Shown here piece after piece: positions 1 to 13,140 of a DNA stretch of 64,000 bases. The notes below the pieces were generated by a model that saw nothing but the letters and a program-made list of their open reading frames with translations, was not told where the DNA came from and did not search any database. The stretch is taken from assembly GCA_964016885.1 (NCBI GenBank), contig OZ024740.1:376898001-376962000 (forward strand), read 5' to 3'. This stretch comes from Eledone cirrhosa. Its lineage: Eukaryota. The position numbers were made by a program, and so were the translations under genes. The stretch's first letter is position 1. Every line of letters begins with the position of its first letter.

Positions 1-59
1 TGGCAACATAATGTTACTGAATGATAACACAGTCGTACACACATAGATACATTATGAGT

Positions 60-1930
60 ATATTTTTTTTTCCAACATCCATTATGCACATGCACACCCG
101 CATGTACACTCTTAGGTAAACACAGTACATTTGCAAATACAATTATGCTCCGTATCGATAGACTCACACCTAGGTCCACACAGTACAGACGCACATACAA
201 GCACGACTCCACCTAAATCTCATCAACACACCCTACAAGACCACACCAGGAGCCAGCATCCAGAAAGACACCCAGATCTTATATAAGCACCTTCGATGAC
301 CGGGCCACATTTACATACACATACCACCACTCGACACGACAGAAATAACTGTACATATTGGGGGCGCAGAAGCAGCTCAATTTACAGCAATCCAAGCCGC
401 ACATCCAACTCTTAAGTCATACAGGTTGACTGCTAAATAGGTTCGCACCACAACACGAATCCCATAGTGGCATTAAAATGACAATACTCATCCAGGCATT
501 CAATTTCCTAACTATTTATATCTGACTGCACACGGGCAGCCCCTAAGCCCCACCCCACACCACCCAATCTCTCCCGAGTACACATAGGCACTCAATACAA
601 ACTTAGGCCCACTATATTGCATATCAAATAAATAATAATTATCCACATCCACTCTCACAATAAATACAAACAATGTCATCAGCACCACCCACAAACGACC
701 GTTCACACACACACACACACGCATACACACACAAATTCACATACAAACAAGCATACTAAGCACCTTATATATATATGCACATATGTACCCACACCACCTA
801 CACTCAGAGGCCTTTTGACTCCGTTGAACTAGTACTTTTCTAAATAAAATATTAAAATATAAAAATACAATTCTCCCAAACAACCAGTAAGAGTTACAAC
901 AATAACTCTAATTTAACACTCTAGCATACATAGTTACCTACGACAATCTTAGGTTTGCTATACGGCAGATGAAATAGATAATAATTTCAACACCAGACAC
1001 GCACACTTGTATGTCACCAAAACCCCACATACATACAAATATATGTGCCATACACATACATTTACACCTACAACTTCTCCACAGACACGCATTTAAATCC
1101 GTAGTACTAGAACTCATCTAATTAAAATGTGTTGTTGTTTTTTTAATGTATACCCGTAATATAAGGTTAACTAAGTGTTAGCTTAGCAACCAGTAACAAA
1201 TACAAATAAAAGAACTCGAAATAATTCACCGACCCACTCGAAACTACAACAATAATTGTAATACAGACTAGATGATCGGTGATCTTTTGAGATAACTAAA
1301 ACATAGGTTCACTTATTGACAGATACATGTAATTCGTTAATGGGTGACAGGGCTATTCTTTGATCAGAAAACCTCTTGTTGTGGTGTCATATCCTTGACG
1401 TTGTTACCTGCAAATTGCAAACGATATTCCTTCTGATATACATATATATATATATATACACACACTTCCGCATAAATCTTCGATGAATATAATTCTACCT
1501 CATAACAATTCTTCCATCTCACCCATTCCCACATAATTAATGAAACATACAGGTGCACACAGAAGTGCACATAAACACATGCTTGCACACCTACGCACCC
1601 ACACACACAGACTTAAAAATATATAAAAATGTATATAGAAGTCTGTATATATGTATATATAAAATACAATCAATTATTTCTAAAACTTTTCTGCAACATC
1701 CTATGAAGACAATTTACACTTGCATGGACAGCTTATACACTTATATGGATAAGCCATGCGCCTGATGATATGAGCCCTTTTGGCTATCAATCTGGAACTA
1801 GCTGTTGAAACGGCAAGAGCTCAGCCACTAATCCTAAACTCTTTATAATATAGCCATAATCTACTATTCCAAGTATCGAGTACTCTGTTCAGTAATGGTC
1901 TAATTAGTTTTATCTGGTACTATCCTGATA
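60..1930 (+). mobile_element. Heavily decayed 3' part of a Penelope-like element (GIY-YIG remnant, long 3' UTR, pLTR remnant)
   Basis: Interrupted reading LYKHLR*PGH..LD..EAA..I..PTL near 280-415 resembles a GIY-YIG C-terminus. CTGATGA...GAAA at 1762-1810 lacks clean stems and is followed by the tcgagtactc motif seen after other HHRs. Confidence 0.3.
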
Positions 1931-2616
1931 TATATAAGGCGAAATCTACATACACACACACATAGGATTGGTAAGACCACAAATCAATATAATTCTCAAT
2001 GGTTGATGAGATACAGATTGGATATATTGAAGAGGTAGAATCCTAATTGTGAGCCTGGTCGTTTCAACTTTTTTCAGAAGTATTTTTGAATACAAAGCGG
2101 AAAAAGCGATAGTAAAATACTTTAAGGTGGACTTAATCCAAGATTTAGTGAAACTCGGTATGGTATTCCAAGTTGAAGGCAATTAACAATACAGCAACTA
2201 GAGAACATATGTAATATCGACAGTATATAATTAAAACTTAGTTAACTAAGAAAACACCAAACTTTTAGCCAGCGTTTTAACCCTATATCATGTCATTCAC
2301 ATTCAACGATAATTGTTTATAAGGATCAGAAGTATGTGGTTGACATGTTCCATGCTTTTTACTATTCACACCATTAATCTGAGTATATCCAGTGCGATGT
2401 TCGTCTCTTCATAATGAGGATATCGATTTGAGGCGTAGATACGAGACACAAGTATAGAGAAGGGCTCATTGAGATTACCTGACGTAAATATTTCTTCAAG
2501 AGCATCCATAATATAATTAAGTTAATTGGATCTACGTGAAATGGAAAATTGTCAACGTTTTCGGCTTGCCAGAGCTTTCCTAATGATCTACAATGTTAGC
2601 CAACAGATAATATTAA

Positions 2617-2703
<87 letters not shown>

Positions 2704-3199
2704 TCTCTCTCTTACGAAAAGGCGTGAAGATCAATTTTCGTGGGTCTGTGTATGGTGAAGACATTCGTTTTGCATTTTTACACGTTAATAGTGTGACTAA
2801 AGTGACTTTGCTGTAAGCAGAAATACGAAACACGTCATAGAGACAGCCAACCTAAAAGGAATTTACAAATTTCGTTATTATACTTATCTCACTAATTGTT
2901 GATTTCTTGTGTCGAAATACAAATCTAATGTATTTGCAATAAATCATTTCTGAACTATTAATCTACGCTTTAGAGATGAAGCATTTTTTTTCTATTTACA
3001 GCTACACTGTGTTTGAATCGGTTTGATCTTCGATCATCATAGTCGTTCTTATTGTAAACTGAACTTTTGTTTCTAAACTAAGGATAATATCAATTTTATT
3101 CATTATAGCACAGTCATATGAACAATGATTAATATTACATTTGTATGTTATTTACAATAATCTTTCAATAAAGGCAACTGTATTGAGATTTATTGATTG

Positions 3200-5240
3200 G
3201 GTTATTGGTTGGGTTATTAGCAAGTATTATGTATACTGTTTTATCAATGAGTCTAGCTTTCTACTGTGATTCAAGTATCGACATTTCATTCCGTGGCGGC
3301 ATATGATTTCTTTTTTCGCAACGATTCCCGACTTCGATATTTCTCCTCTCGTTAGTACACTTCAATTTTCCGTTATACTGAAGATTATGGACCTCCAATT
3401 GATTTATTATAAAATTTTCAGCAAATGCTGAGGATGCTATACATGCAATTCTTATGCCCTGGTTATTCTTAGATAGATTTATATTTATTCATTAATGAGT
3501 TTGAGAAATATGGTGTTACTTTTGGAATTCCCTTGCAGTTTGGTTTAACCTCAACCCTTTCCTTTAGAATGGCTGGTGCTATTATGTAATGGTATGGATA
3601 TTTGTTATTCAAGAATATATTTTTCAGATATCTTATTTCTTTTGTATAAGCTAATGCATTAGCGGAAATGATGTAACAATTGTTTTCTTAACATCGTATG
3701 TATGGTGAACGTCATAATTTAAATAGTGTCCACTGGCTGTTGGCTTTCAGTTCACTAATGTTCTGAGATCTCCTTGAAGCTTTAAACTAGAATTAGACTA
3801 TATTGAAATACACTATAAGATGGTGCTTTCTACAAGAACTACATATCATCCGAGTACTAATATATGTACATCTCGTAGCCCTGATTTTCAATATTGTGAT
3901 CTCTAATGCTACGTGTTCGCTATAAGCCATGTGGATACTACCTATTTACTAGTGATAGGGTTAAAATCATAGCTTTTCCTTCCACCAGTTACTAAATCCC
4001 ATCTAATTTCAGCATTGAGATGTCAATACCGCGCCTCAAGAAATACTAACTTCCAGTTAAAAACGAAAAACAATAAACCAGCACAAACGTTTCCTGTTAG
4101 TAACCTCTCAGTTATTTGCGGACATTTGAATGAATTTATTAAAAGGCGCATGAAAGAAGAGATTTATTTGAGGAACAATTTGCATGAATAATCTTGAGAC
4201 TCCTCTTGGTGTATCTACTCGATGAATTCGCCTTTAGCATTGATGACGACTTCAAAACACTATATCAATTTTAGTTGTGGTGGACTTCATAGATTTTATA
4301 GTGTTATGGAGGCTTTGATTATCTTCCATCTCGCCTATTCTCCATATGTAGTAGGCTAAGTGATGCAGTAGTCCAACAGAGGTCATACATTTGGAGTGAC
4401 ATGATCGTAGGGATTGTAGCTCATCAATTCAGAAGTTTTCTTAGCCTAATGAGGTAGTGCAGTGTCTTGACAGTAACTGTACGGTTTTCTTTTGCTTGTG
4501 CTCTTTATGCAAAGCCTAACAACCCTCTTCTACATCTCTTTATAGTCAGCAACATTGATCCCATAAGCTCTGAGGAATTGAAGTTAGGAGGCACGATATT
4601 TTCCTTGTTGCTCACAACTCCCAAAACCATCCCTGTTGCCAGAAACTTTGTGTGCATGACTGTTGGAACGCGTTTCGAGTATTTGCATAACCACCTGCCA
4701 TTCCTTCGGTTGAAATGTTAGTTTTGATCAATGTTTTTCCCTTCAGAGAAAAACCAAAGCATTCCAGTCTCCTTTTTATTTTACAACTTGGTTAGCAACC
4801 ACTTTGTGCGATTCAAATTGTTATCTTTTCTCTTTGCAGTTCATGTGTGGGCCTCTCCACATGACATATGACTTGTATATTAGGTCCTCATACACATTTC
4901 GTCCGACAGCGTACCTTTAAAAATAGAGGCCCTTAGCAATGGCACTAATTGTTTTTCTGGAGTACTTATGTATAATTTTCTGTATCTTTCGTATGAATTT
5001 AGGTGTTCTGATGTTATTAGGATACTTAGCAGGCACTTTACAGTTGGTTACTGCTGTAGAATCCATGTCCGCAGCTTCCACCTCCTTGTGGACTTTGACA
5101 ACAAACGACCTTGCAGATTTCAGGAAACGAGCATCTCTAAATCATTGTTCCCTGCCTTTATGGCAACGCTTACAGCGTGTTTTTTTTTTTCATTTTCTGC
5201 GTTAGCTTCATGTCTGTCATTAGCTGAGAAGAGATATTAA
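3200..5240 (-). mobile_element. Degenerate Penelope-like element (RT pseudogene)
   Basis: Minus-strand remnants KPTASGHYLNY (~3712-3750), a YSDD-like catalytic site (~3845-3858) and an RP/SPTY-like region (~4330-4410), with many stops and frameshifts. Confidence 0.5.
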
Positions 5241-5574
5241 TCAGAATTAGTTAGAAAAAAGAGCTACTGAAAAGCGTGTCCTCAAACAACTGAGTAACCC
5301 TGTATATTTATATCAAAGAATTAGTCATCTAAGGATTACATAACACTCCAAGCATATCATGTTAATGTTGTCAATATTAGAAAAAATGCCTCATTTCTAC
5401 CAACATAATTACTCATCAGAGAAATGATGAGCTTATAGAATTCATATTTCAGATATTCAATATATTTGGGTATTGGATAAATAGTAAGTTTGGCACTATT
5501 GGGAGGCAGAAGAAAGAAATAACGCAAAGGTCTTGACTTTCATATAATTAAGCAAAGTTATTATTTGCATTGTG

Positions 5575-5825
5575 AAAGCGAGCAGCTTGATAGATGGGAT
5601 GTTGTGTATATGATTATAAAGGTCATGAGTTCGATCCCAACCAGGCAATGCATTACTTTCATGCTGTTTCAGTCACGATGACTACCAGCACCAACAGGAG
5701 AATTGGTTTACCTTGCAATGTGATGAGGTTGGCGTGCAGCCAAGGAAGTTATGTACTCTCAGTCGCTTAAAACCATGGGAAACCGGGAAAACTCCGGCCT
5801 GATATGCACCTAGGCTCGAAACAGA
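5575..5825 (+). mobile_element. Old tRNA-derived SINE (Meta-SINE-like 3' domain)
   Basis: B-box-like gagttcgatccc at 5627-5638 and 3' gaaaccggg..ctccggcctgat..ggctcg resembling the Meta domain. Confidence 0.5.
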
Positions 5826-7690
5826 TTTGTTAAGGCGGAAAATTGACAAGATCATTCGTTTTAATTGTTAAGAGAATATATTATTTCAGTATTTTTCTGG
5901 CTCCCTACACCCTGAATTCATTTCTCTTCGAAGTGATCACACTCTTATGGTGTCGATAAATAAAATGCCATTCACGTACTGTGTTCGATTCTTTCCTCTT
6001 TCTCTCTTTTTATCTCTACATCCGTCTCTCTCTCTTTTACCTCTCTCTCTGTTACCTCTCTCTCTCACTTTCTTTCGGCTACATTGGGCTATGAGAAAGG
6101 GCGTGGACGTCCATTCAGAATGTCCCTGTCTCCTGGCTTGTGCAAGTAACCTTTACATGGAAAACCCTATTTCAATACGAAACTGATATACCATTGAAAC
6201 AATTCAAAAACAGCTCGACAGAATGGAAATTAGGAAGATAATTTGCATTACTAACAATAATAGTTTCTGGAATATTTACTGGCTTTATGTAACGCCTCGA
6301 GCTATTTTGAAAAGTCAATTGTAATAAGCTTGTGGTTATGTCGTTTAAATGTTTATGCGGGTAAATGAATTACTTTTAAAAACCATCTCAAACTATTCTC
6401 CTTCTTCAAAGTATGTTACTTTTATTATTGTTGTTGATATATTTTCTATTTTAGTTTGCAATGTTCAGACAAAGGAGAGTGGTAAAAAAACAGTCGTTTC
6501 CTATCTTAATTTGCTGTTCTATATCTAATGTTGATGGAGGTGATTCTGGTGTTGTTGTGTGGAATTTTAAAATAGCTTTTTTTTTTTGCTTTGTGATGGC
6601 AATGGCGTCCTTTTAATTTAAATTTTATCCCAATGGTTGTATTGCAGTGATTGCTTCTGTGTTTTTATCGAAAATTGAGAAGTTTTCAAAAGATATTCAT
6701 TGTATTTTTTAAAAATTATTTATGTTATATTTTCTACTTTATTTATTTAAAAATATATTTGTATGTGCATCTGTGCGCTCACATGTCTGTACATGGGCAT
6801 ACCTGTGTGTGTATATATATATGTATGCTTTTTCAGTTAAAAATCATTTATCATTCATATAACGCATTATTTTAAATAAAACTGATTTGAATGTAATTTT
6901 TAACTATAGAATAGAAAACAGTTCAGACAGTGTAAAAGTGTTTTCGAAACACTGAAGATATATAATCGACTGAACATATTGTATCAGCAGTAATATATGT
7001 TATTTAATTCAGTCCGTAAAGTTTGTACCACGTCTCAAATCAAATTTCATCATAAATTTCATGTATAAATTCAATGGTTAATGATATGGAAAATTTTATG
7101 ACATGTAATTGTAAAAAATAATTACTCTTAAGCCGGTCACGAACAAAATAACAACCCTTCGTCATTTGAGTCAACACAGTTCCAGGAATTTGTGAATGAG
7201 GGAGTGCGAATTAATGTATGTGATCAGTTGGTGTATATGTGTGTGTAATTGCGTTGGTGTAATGTGTTAACGTGTTTTATAATTAGACGAGTGTGTATCG
7301 TTAGTTTTACAAGTGTGTGCGTCTGTGTGTGGCATATGCACATGTGATTGTGTGTATATTCCAGGAAACTTAAATGAAGAATCGTTGGAATGTTTTACAA
7401 TTCTTCTCAGTAATACTGGTCATTTTGGTTTAACATTCCAACATGTGTGTGTGTTTTTTTTAATAAATTTGTAGGAATCTCTGCTCGGTGGTAGCTGTAA
7501 ACAGCCGATTGTCATGTGCAAAGCTTAAAGTCGAGTTAAAATATAACATCATATTCAGCGGAAGAACAGAGAGAGGGTGAGAATGGAAGAAAAAGAGTCT
7601 AAACCATGGGATGGAGGCCATTTTCATCAGTCGAATAAAACAAAAGATAAACAACAGGTCAGAAATACCCGACTCAGAATGGTTATTGTA

Positions 7691-7713
7691 GCGACGTCGC
7701 GCATGCGCATGCG
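7691..7713. promoter_or_regulatory. CpG cluster with palindrome GCGACGTCGC and overlapping NRF1-like GCGCATGCGC
   Basis: gcgacgtcgcgcatgcgcatgcg in a CpG-poor background; function not shown. Confidence 0.25.
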
Positions 7714-8197
7714 TTTTGCAAACACATAGACCAGTTAGGGAAGAAAACTCTGATAACTCGTTTGTTTTGTCTTGGGCATGCTAAAATACACTGGATAAAA
7801 CAATACCTTGTTTTGTTTTCTTTTATTTGTCATCGTATGCCCTTTGTATTTTCTACCACATTCTACCGTCTTAAAAAAAATGAATCGGTCTTTTACTACA
7901 CCTCACAATGCTTCGTATTAACTACACAACTCTATCTATCTATCTGTCTATCTATCTATTTATATATCAGAGCAAACAGCACGGACACTCTATCTCAAAA
8001 TTATTTTTGAAAAGCATTTAGAAATGCGCAACCGGTAAAAACTTAAAAACTTAAAACCACAACTGAATACTAACCCATACAATCACTAATACTCTTTTAT
8101 TCCTAATTAAAACATGTTTCAACTGTGAACAATTTGTCAGCATTTTCTATTCCGTTTACCAATATATAATAACTTGTGTGTTACACCTCTATTCTTT

Positions 8198-8242
<45 letters not shown>

Positions 8243-8423
8243 GTGTGTGTGTATATATATATATGTGTGTGTATATATATACATATGTTTAGGTATGTGT
8301 ATTTGGTAGTGTTATGAGCATCTGTGCGTGTGAGTGTATGGGTTATGGCACAAAAAATCTGCGTTGGATAAAATAGCATACCCAATTTAAAGTATATCAT
8401 TTGACTTTAATCATATTTATTGG

Positions 8424-8481
8424 GAACTGAAAACATCGGTAATTGATATTCCGATATTTTCGACTCCAGTCTTCAGATTCT
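8424..8481 (-). ncRNA. Degenerate hammerhead-like motif
   Basis: Minus strand gaat CTGAA gac-tgga-gtc GAAA atatcgg..ccgatgt TT. Stems II and III are present, but the core seems to lack GA and the register is off. Confidence 0.3.
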
Positions 8482-8891
8482 AATAAAAATTAGAAAAAGT
8501 AGAAATAGAAGAAACCTGAAATATTTTCCATAAGAAAATTACGCCAAAAATAACTTGAATCAAATGAAAAACATTCATTGTTCAGAGAAATATTTGAATT
8601 TCATTCTGGGCTTTGATTGCGCGCTGAAGGATGTTATGTCAGTTCGTGTATTTTAGAAGCTTGCATAGGCATATTAACTGGCTGGGGGAAGCGTTCGGGA
8701 CTATGAGCTATTTCTTTCTTATAACTAGAGAACCTAGAATCATGGAAAATGAAACATTTCGTGAAATAGTTTCAGGATGAGCGTTTATCGAGTAAAGAAA
8801 CAATATGCGGTTGTCGTTCTCTCGTGTAGTGAATGAAAGTTATATGAATATGGAGGATATGATATTATCAGTTCATATTATATTAATGCAA

Positions 8892-9080
8892 GGGCGGTGG
8901 ATTGGCAGTATCGGTAGAGGGTCGGACGCCATGCTTTCCAGCATAGTTACGTACCTTTACGATCTGAGTTCAAATCCCGCCGAGGTTGACTTTGCCTTTC
9001 ATCCTTGCGGGGTCGATAATATAAAGTACCAGTAATATACTGGGGTAATTGCTGGCCTTGTGCCTAAAGTAGAAACAATT
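8892..9080 (+). mobile_element. tRNA-derived CORE-type SINE (octopus-like family)
   Basis: A-box-like tggcagtatcgg, B-box gagttcaaatcc, CORE-like gccgaggttgactttgcctttcatcc; TSD attatattaat. Confidence 0.9.
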
Positions 9081-9284
9081 ATATTAATACACGAATATCA
9101 AAAGAAAGGAAAGGCAGATAAACTAGAATGAAATCAGAATAAGACGAGAGGGAAATGATAGTCATTGAGAAGGTCACAAAATGCGTGACGAAAATGCATT
9201 ACTAAGTAACATAGTATGTGGTTACTAAATTAATCAACTAATGACGAATCGATTAGTTATCTGACAAATGTGAAAACCGCAGCG

Positions 9285-9333
<49 letters not shown>

Positions 9334-9337
<4 letters not shown>

Positions 9338-9446
9338 GTTTCTACGTTTCGCACAAGGCCAGCAATTATCGACCCAGTAAGGATGAAAGGCGAAGTTAAC
9401 CTCGGCGGGATTTGAACTCAGAATGGCAAGAGCCGTAACTCCATGC
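9334..9446 (-). mobile_element. SINE, partial copy
   Basis: Reverse complement of the same SINE consensus, with internal and 5' loss. Confidence 0.85.
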
Positions 9447-9889
9447 GTAAAGGGTGTATAATGGGAAAATACTTTGAGAATGGGAATACACATGGAATAA
9501 AACAAGTTCGCCGGACCACGGGTTCCCGAGATATGGCGTTTTCTGGCTACCTTCATAAATAGAGAGGGAGAAGGATAGAGAGAAAGAGATAGTGGTTGTG
9601 AGAGAGTAGATTGAAAGAGAAACATAGAGAGGAAGAGAGAGATAGAGGAAGATAATGAAAGAGAGACAGAGAGAGAGAGCTGATGGAGTTGTCGTGTATA
9701 CATATATGTGTGTGTATATGTATATATATATATGTGTGTCTATGACCAGTGTATATAGATCACAGACACCCATATATATATATATATATATATATAAAGG
9801 TTTACATATATATATAAAATTCTTAACCATTTTTTAATGTATTTTTGGCGCGATCACTTTGGAAAATTAAATGTCTAATTTTGAGCTCG

Positions 9890-9963
9890 CTCCTGATGAT
9901 TCCGAAGCTCTGGACATTCCATGTTAACGGACGTCTTAAAATACGGGTAAAACCATGGTAGAG
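9890..9963 (+). ncRNA. Hammerhead ribozyme-like motif, G12>A mutated (pLTR remnant)
   Basis: ctc CTGATGA ttccg...cgggt AAAA ccatgg TA gag: stem I ctc/gag, palindromic stem III ccatgg. Confidence 0.5.
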
Positions 9964-10238
9964 GTAATTAGGTATGTACGCAATTCTTCTAAGTTCAATT
10001 TTACACCTAATTGTGTTTATTTGACTGTATATCTGGTCGATTTTTACATGCTGTCGAAATGTTAGATAAATATTGTAGCCGCTGCGAAGGGGCTGCTTTC
10101 GGTTATTTGTCGGAGATTTCTTCATAAGAGCCTTATTCTTATAGCTTGGTCTGATTGATGTTTTGTATGGTTAATTATGCTAATTGGGAGAGGAAATGGT
10201 ATATACTATATCTAGTGATTCTAAAGACATATTTTATG

Positions 10239-10270
<32 letters not shown>

Positions 10271-10274
10271 AAAT

Positions 10275-10305
<31 letters not shown>

Positions 10306-10467
10306 CACACACACATTTATATATATACATACACGCACGTATATACATATGGGCCTTCCAGTTTCATTTCACATTATATTCATGTCTGTATATTTTAATT
10401 ATTTAAAAATTATTTTTAAGTGAACGTGATTTTAAAAAAATATTTTGAAGTGAACGTGAACGTTGTA

Positions 10468-10516
<49 letters not shown>

Positions 10517-10646
10517 GAGGTTATATTTAATTTGTTGGGATACAACAAGCAAAATATTTTTATAACTGATATAAAGCACTCAACAAATTATTGGAGTAAA
10601 TATACAATATATTAACAAATGGAAACTATATTTATAAAACCATATT

Positions 10647-10712
10647 TATTTCCTTATACATATTTCAAGGGCCACCAAGGCAAACTATGGTGCGCTTTCA
10701 TCAGATAAAATA
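10647..10712 (-). ncRNA. Type I hammerhead ribozyme, intact core
   Basis: tattttat CTGATGA aagcgcaccatagtttgccttggtggccctt GAAA tatgta TA aggaaata. Confidence 0.8.
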
Positions 10713-10809
10713 TAATATAGGTTAGTTTTATAAATAAATATTGACATACCAGAATGGTTGCATTTTTTCAGTGTATGTCAATATTTATTTATAAAACTAA
10801 CCTATATTA

Positions 10810-10875
10810 TATTTTATCTCATGAAAGCGCACCATAGTTTGCCTTGGTGGCCCTTGAAATATCTATAATGAAATA
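10810..10875 (+). ncRNA. Type I hammerhead ribozyme, core mutated (CTCATGA)
   Basis: tattttat CTCATGA aagcgcacca..tggtggccctt GAAA tatcta TA atgaaata; G5>C is expected to inactivate it. Confidence 0.7.
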
Positions 10876-10913
10876 AATATGGTTTTATTAATATAGTTTC
10901 CATTTGTTAATAT

Positions 10914-10914
<1 letters not shown>

Positions 10915-10971
<57 letters not shown>

Positions 10972-10973
10972 AT

Positions 10974-11015
<42 letters not shown>

Positions 11016-11017
11016 AT

Positions 11018-11091
<74 letters not shown>

Positions 11092-11247
11092 ATATTGTAT
11101 ATATATATACAATATATATATATATTGTATATATATATATATACAATATATATATATATTGTATATATATATATATACAATATATTAACAAATGGAAACT
11201 ATATTTATAAAACCGTAGTTATTTCATTATACATATTTCAAGGGCCA

Positions 11248-11325
<78 letters not shown>
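10915..11325. repeat. (TA)n array punctuated by palindromic tacaatatattgta units, with a third partial pLTR copy (11175-11250)
   Basis: Direct reading; the partial copy matches 10602-10677. Confidence 0.85.
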
Positions 11326-11333
<8 letters not shown>

Positions 11334-11410
11334 GAGTTATTAACTCATATAGGTACCCTGCAATTAAAACAGGGTCAAAGTATAAATACCGAGCATTATA
11401 TAGTAATATG

Positions 11411-11590
11411 AATTGGCAGTATCGGTAGAGGGTCGGATGCCATGCTTTGACGTATAGAGTTACGGCCCTTGCCATTCTGAGTTCAAATCCCGCCGAGGTT
11501 AACTTTGCCTTTCATCCTTACGGGGTCGATAAAATAAAGTACCAGTAATCTACTGAGTAATTGCTGGCCTTGTGCCAAAAGTAGAAAAAA
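11411..11590 (+). mobile_element. SINE inserted in the pLTR
   Basis: Full SINE consensus; TSD atatagtaatat. Confidence 0.9.
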
Positions 11591-11741
11591 TGATATAGTA
11601 ATATATATGTATAAATGAACACAGTAAATCTCGTGTCTAAAATTACGAGGGTATAAGATACCACTAATATTTTAAAGTTTTAATCTTAACCATACAGTAT
11701 GATACATTAATATTATACTGACCGTATCAAAAACATTTCAA

Positions 11742-11828
11742 CTCTCGGACAGATTTTTGACTCAATCTGTTTCGCCCTGAAAAAATTGTGTTTGTAACAG
11801 ATAATCCGTAGGCCATCATCAGCGAGAG
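11742..11828 (-). ncRNA. Type I hammerhead ribozyme with full stem III, GUC cleavage site
   Basis: ctctcg CTGATGA tggcct...agggc GAAA cagatt-gagtcaaa-aatctg TC cgagag: 6-bp stem I, 6-bp stem III. Confidence 0.85.
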
Positions 11829-12627
11829 ATAGATCAAATGAAACAAAACACCTCTAACAGCAATTTGAGAACCAAAGATAATTCACTCGTGGTCTGCCCG
11901 CTATACGTGGTATGAGTAGTTATGCTAGAAATAATAGCCTTATCCCACTCAGTTTATAAGCTCACCCATTCAAGGAGCCGAAATATAAATAAAATATAGA
12001 GTTATTAACTCATATAGGTTTCAAATTAAAATTAAAAGCATGCGAATGGAATACATGCGACAGATAATACAAGAGAATAGTCTAATAATTAGAGGCATTG
12101 AGAAAGAAGCATTGAGAAAGAATGAGTACACTAGCAGTACATATGCAAGAGTGTAGAAAGTGCACATGCGTTAGTCATATATATGAGAAGGAAATAAGCA
12201 AAGGTATTAGGCATATATAGATAAATAAATAAATACTGTATGGCAAGCAAATGTGTTAATGTATTAAAAATTTATGGCGGATATAATATGATGATAGTGT
12301 TCAAATTTGTGTGTGTTGAGAAAATCAAAGTTATGGTAGTCTTTTCCATTATATATGTTAAATTATATTTTAGTTAATGTTTATATTGAATGTTTTAAGT
12401 TAGTTACAGCAATGCATTATAAATTGGTCTTATTGTATTCTTATTCATGGATTAGAGTTGTTCAACAGGTAGTTTTTCCAACGGTTTAATTTCCGGAAGT
12501 GAGTAGGAGATCCAAGATTAAGGAGAGCTAATGCGTGAGGGGTGGTAACTAGCTAATTAAATTCAATTATTTAAATTCTTTGCTCAAATACACATTAGAT
12601 TGTGATACAAGTGCATCTCTATTACAT

Positions 12628-12794
12628 AATTGTTTCTACTATTGGCACAAGGCCAGCAATTAGCCAGTGCATTACTGGTACTTTATTTTATCGACCCCGT
12701 TAGGATGAAAGGCAAAGTCAACCTCGGCGGGATTTGAACTCAGATCGTAAAGGGACGTAACTATGCTGCTACCGATACTGCCAATCCATCGCCC
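12628..12794 (-). mobile_element. SINE in PLE 3' UTR
   Basis: SINE consensus; TSD ctctattacataat. Confidence 0.9.
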
Positions 12795-12970
12795 TCTATT
12801 ACATAATGTTATATATTTATACTTAATTTTAAATACAGTGTATTTTCCTATAATACATTAAAGGCCTTATTAGATTGTTATCTATCCATTACTGGACAAG
12901 CTATAAGTTATGGAAAAATGTATAGCTGTTTACATGTCCAAATAGTAAGATCATTTGTGTAATAATATAC

Positions 12971-13140
12971 ATTATATTGTGTTAAAAGTTAATCCTTTAT
13001 ATACAATGCTATTTATTTATATATTTAATTATAAATGTATATATAATTGATTATTATTATATTGTGTTAAAAGTAAATCCCTTATATACAATGCTATTAA
13101 TTTAAATATTTAATTATAAATGTATATATAATTTATTATT
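12971..13140. repeat. Tandem duplication of about 84 bp in the PLE 3' UTR
   Basis: Two copies of tattgtgttaaaagt..atacaatgctat..ttataaatgtatatataatt. Confidence 0.85.

Larger units (their letters stand above)
10600..10922. repeat. 150-bp inverted repeat (10600-10749 / 10773-10922) of PLE pLTR sequence
   Basis: Near-perfect reverse-complement arms with a 23-bp spacer; homologous to 32876-33020, 36830-36972 and 55368-55490. Confidence 0.92.

Noticed and set aside
2403-2460. HHR-like traces here, at 2807-2841 and at 63258-63300
   Set aside because: Several core positions are changed and the stems are poor; cannot be told from chance.
8892-9000. SINE heads as tRNA genes
   Set aside because: A/B boxes only, no cloverleaf, and continuous with the SINE body and TSDs.
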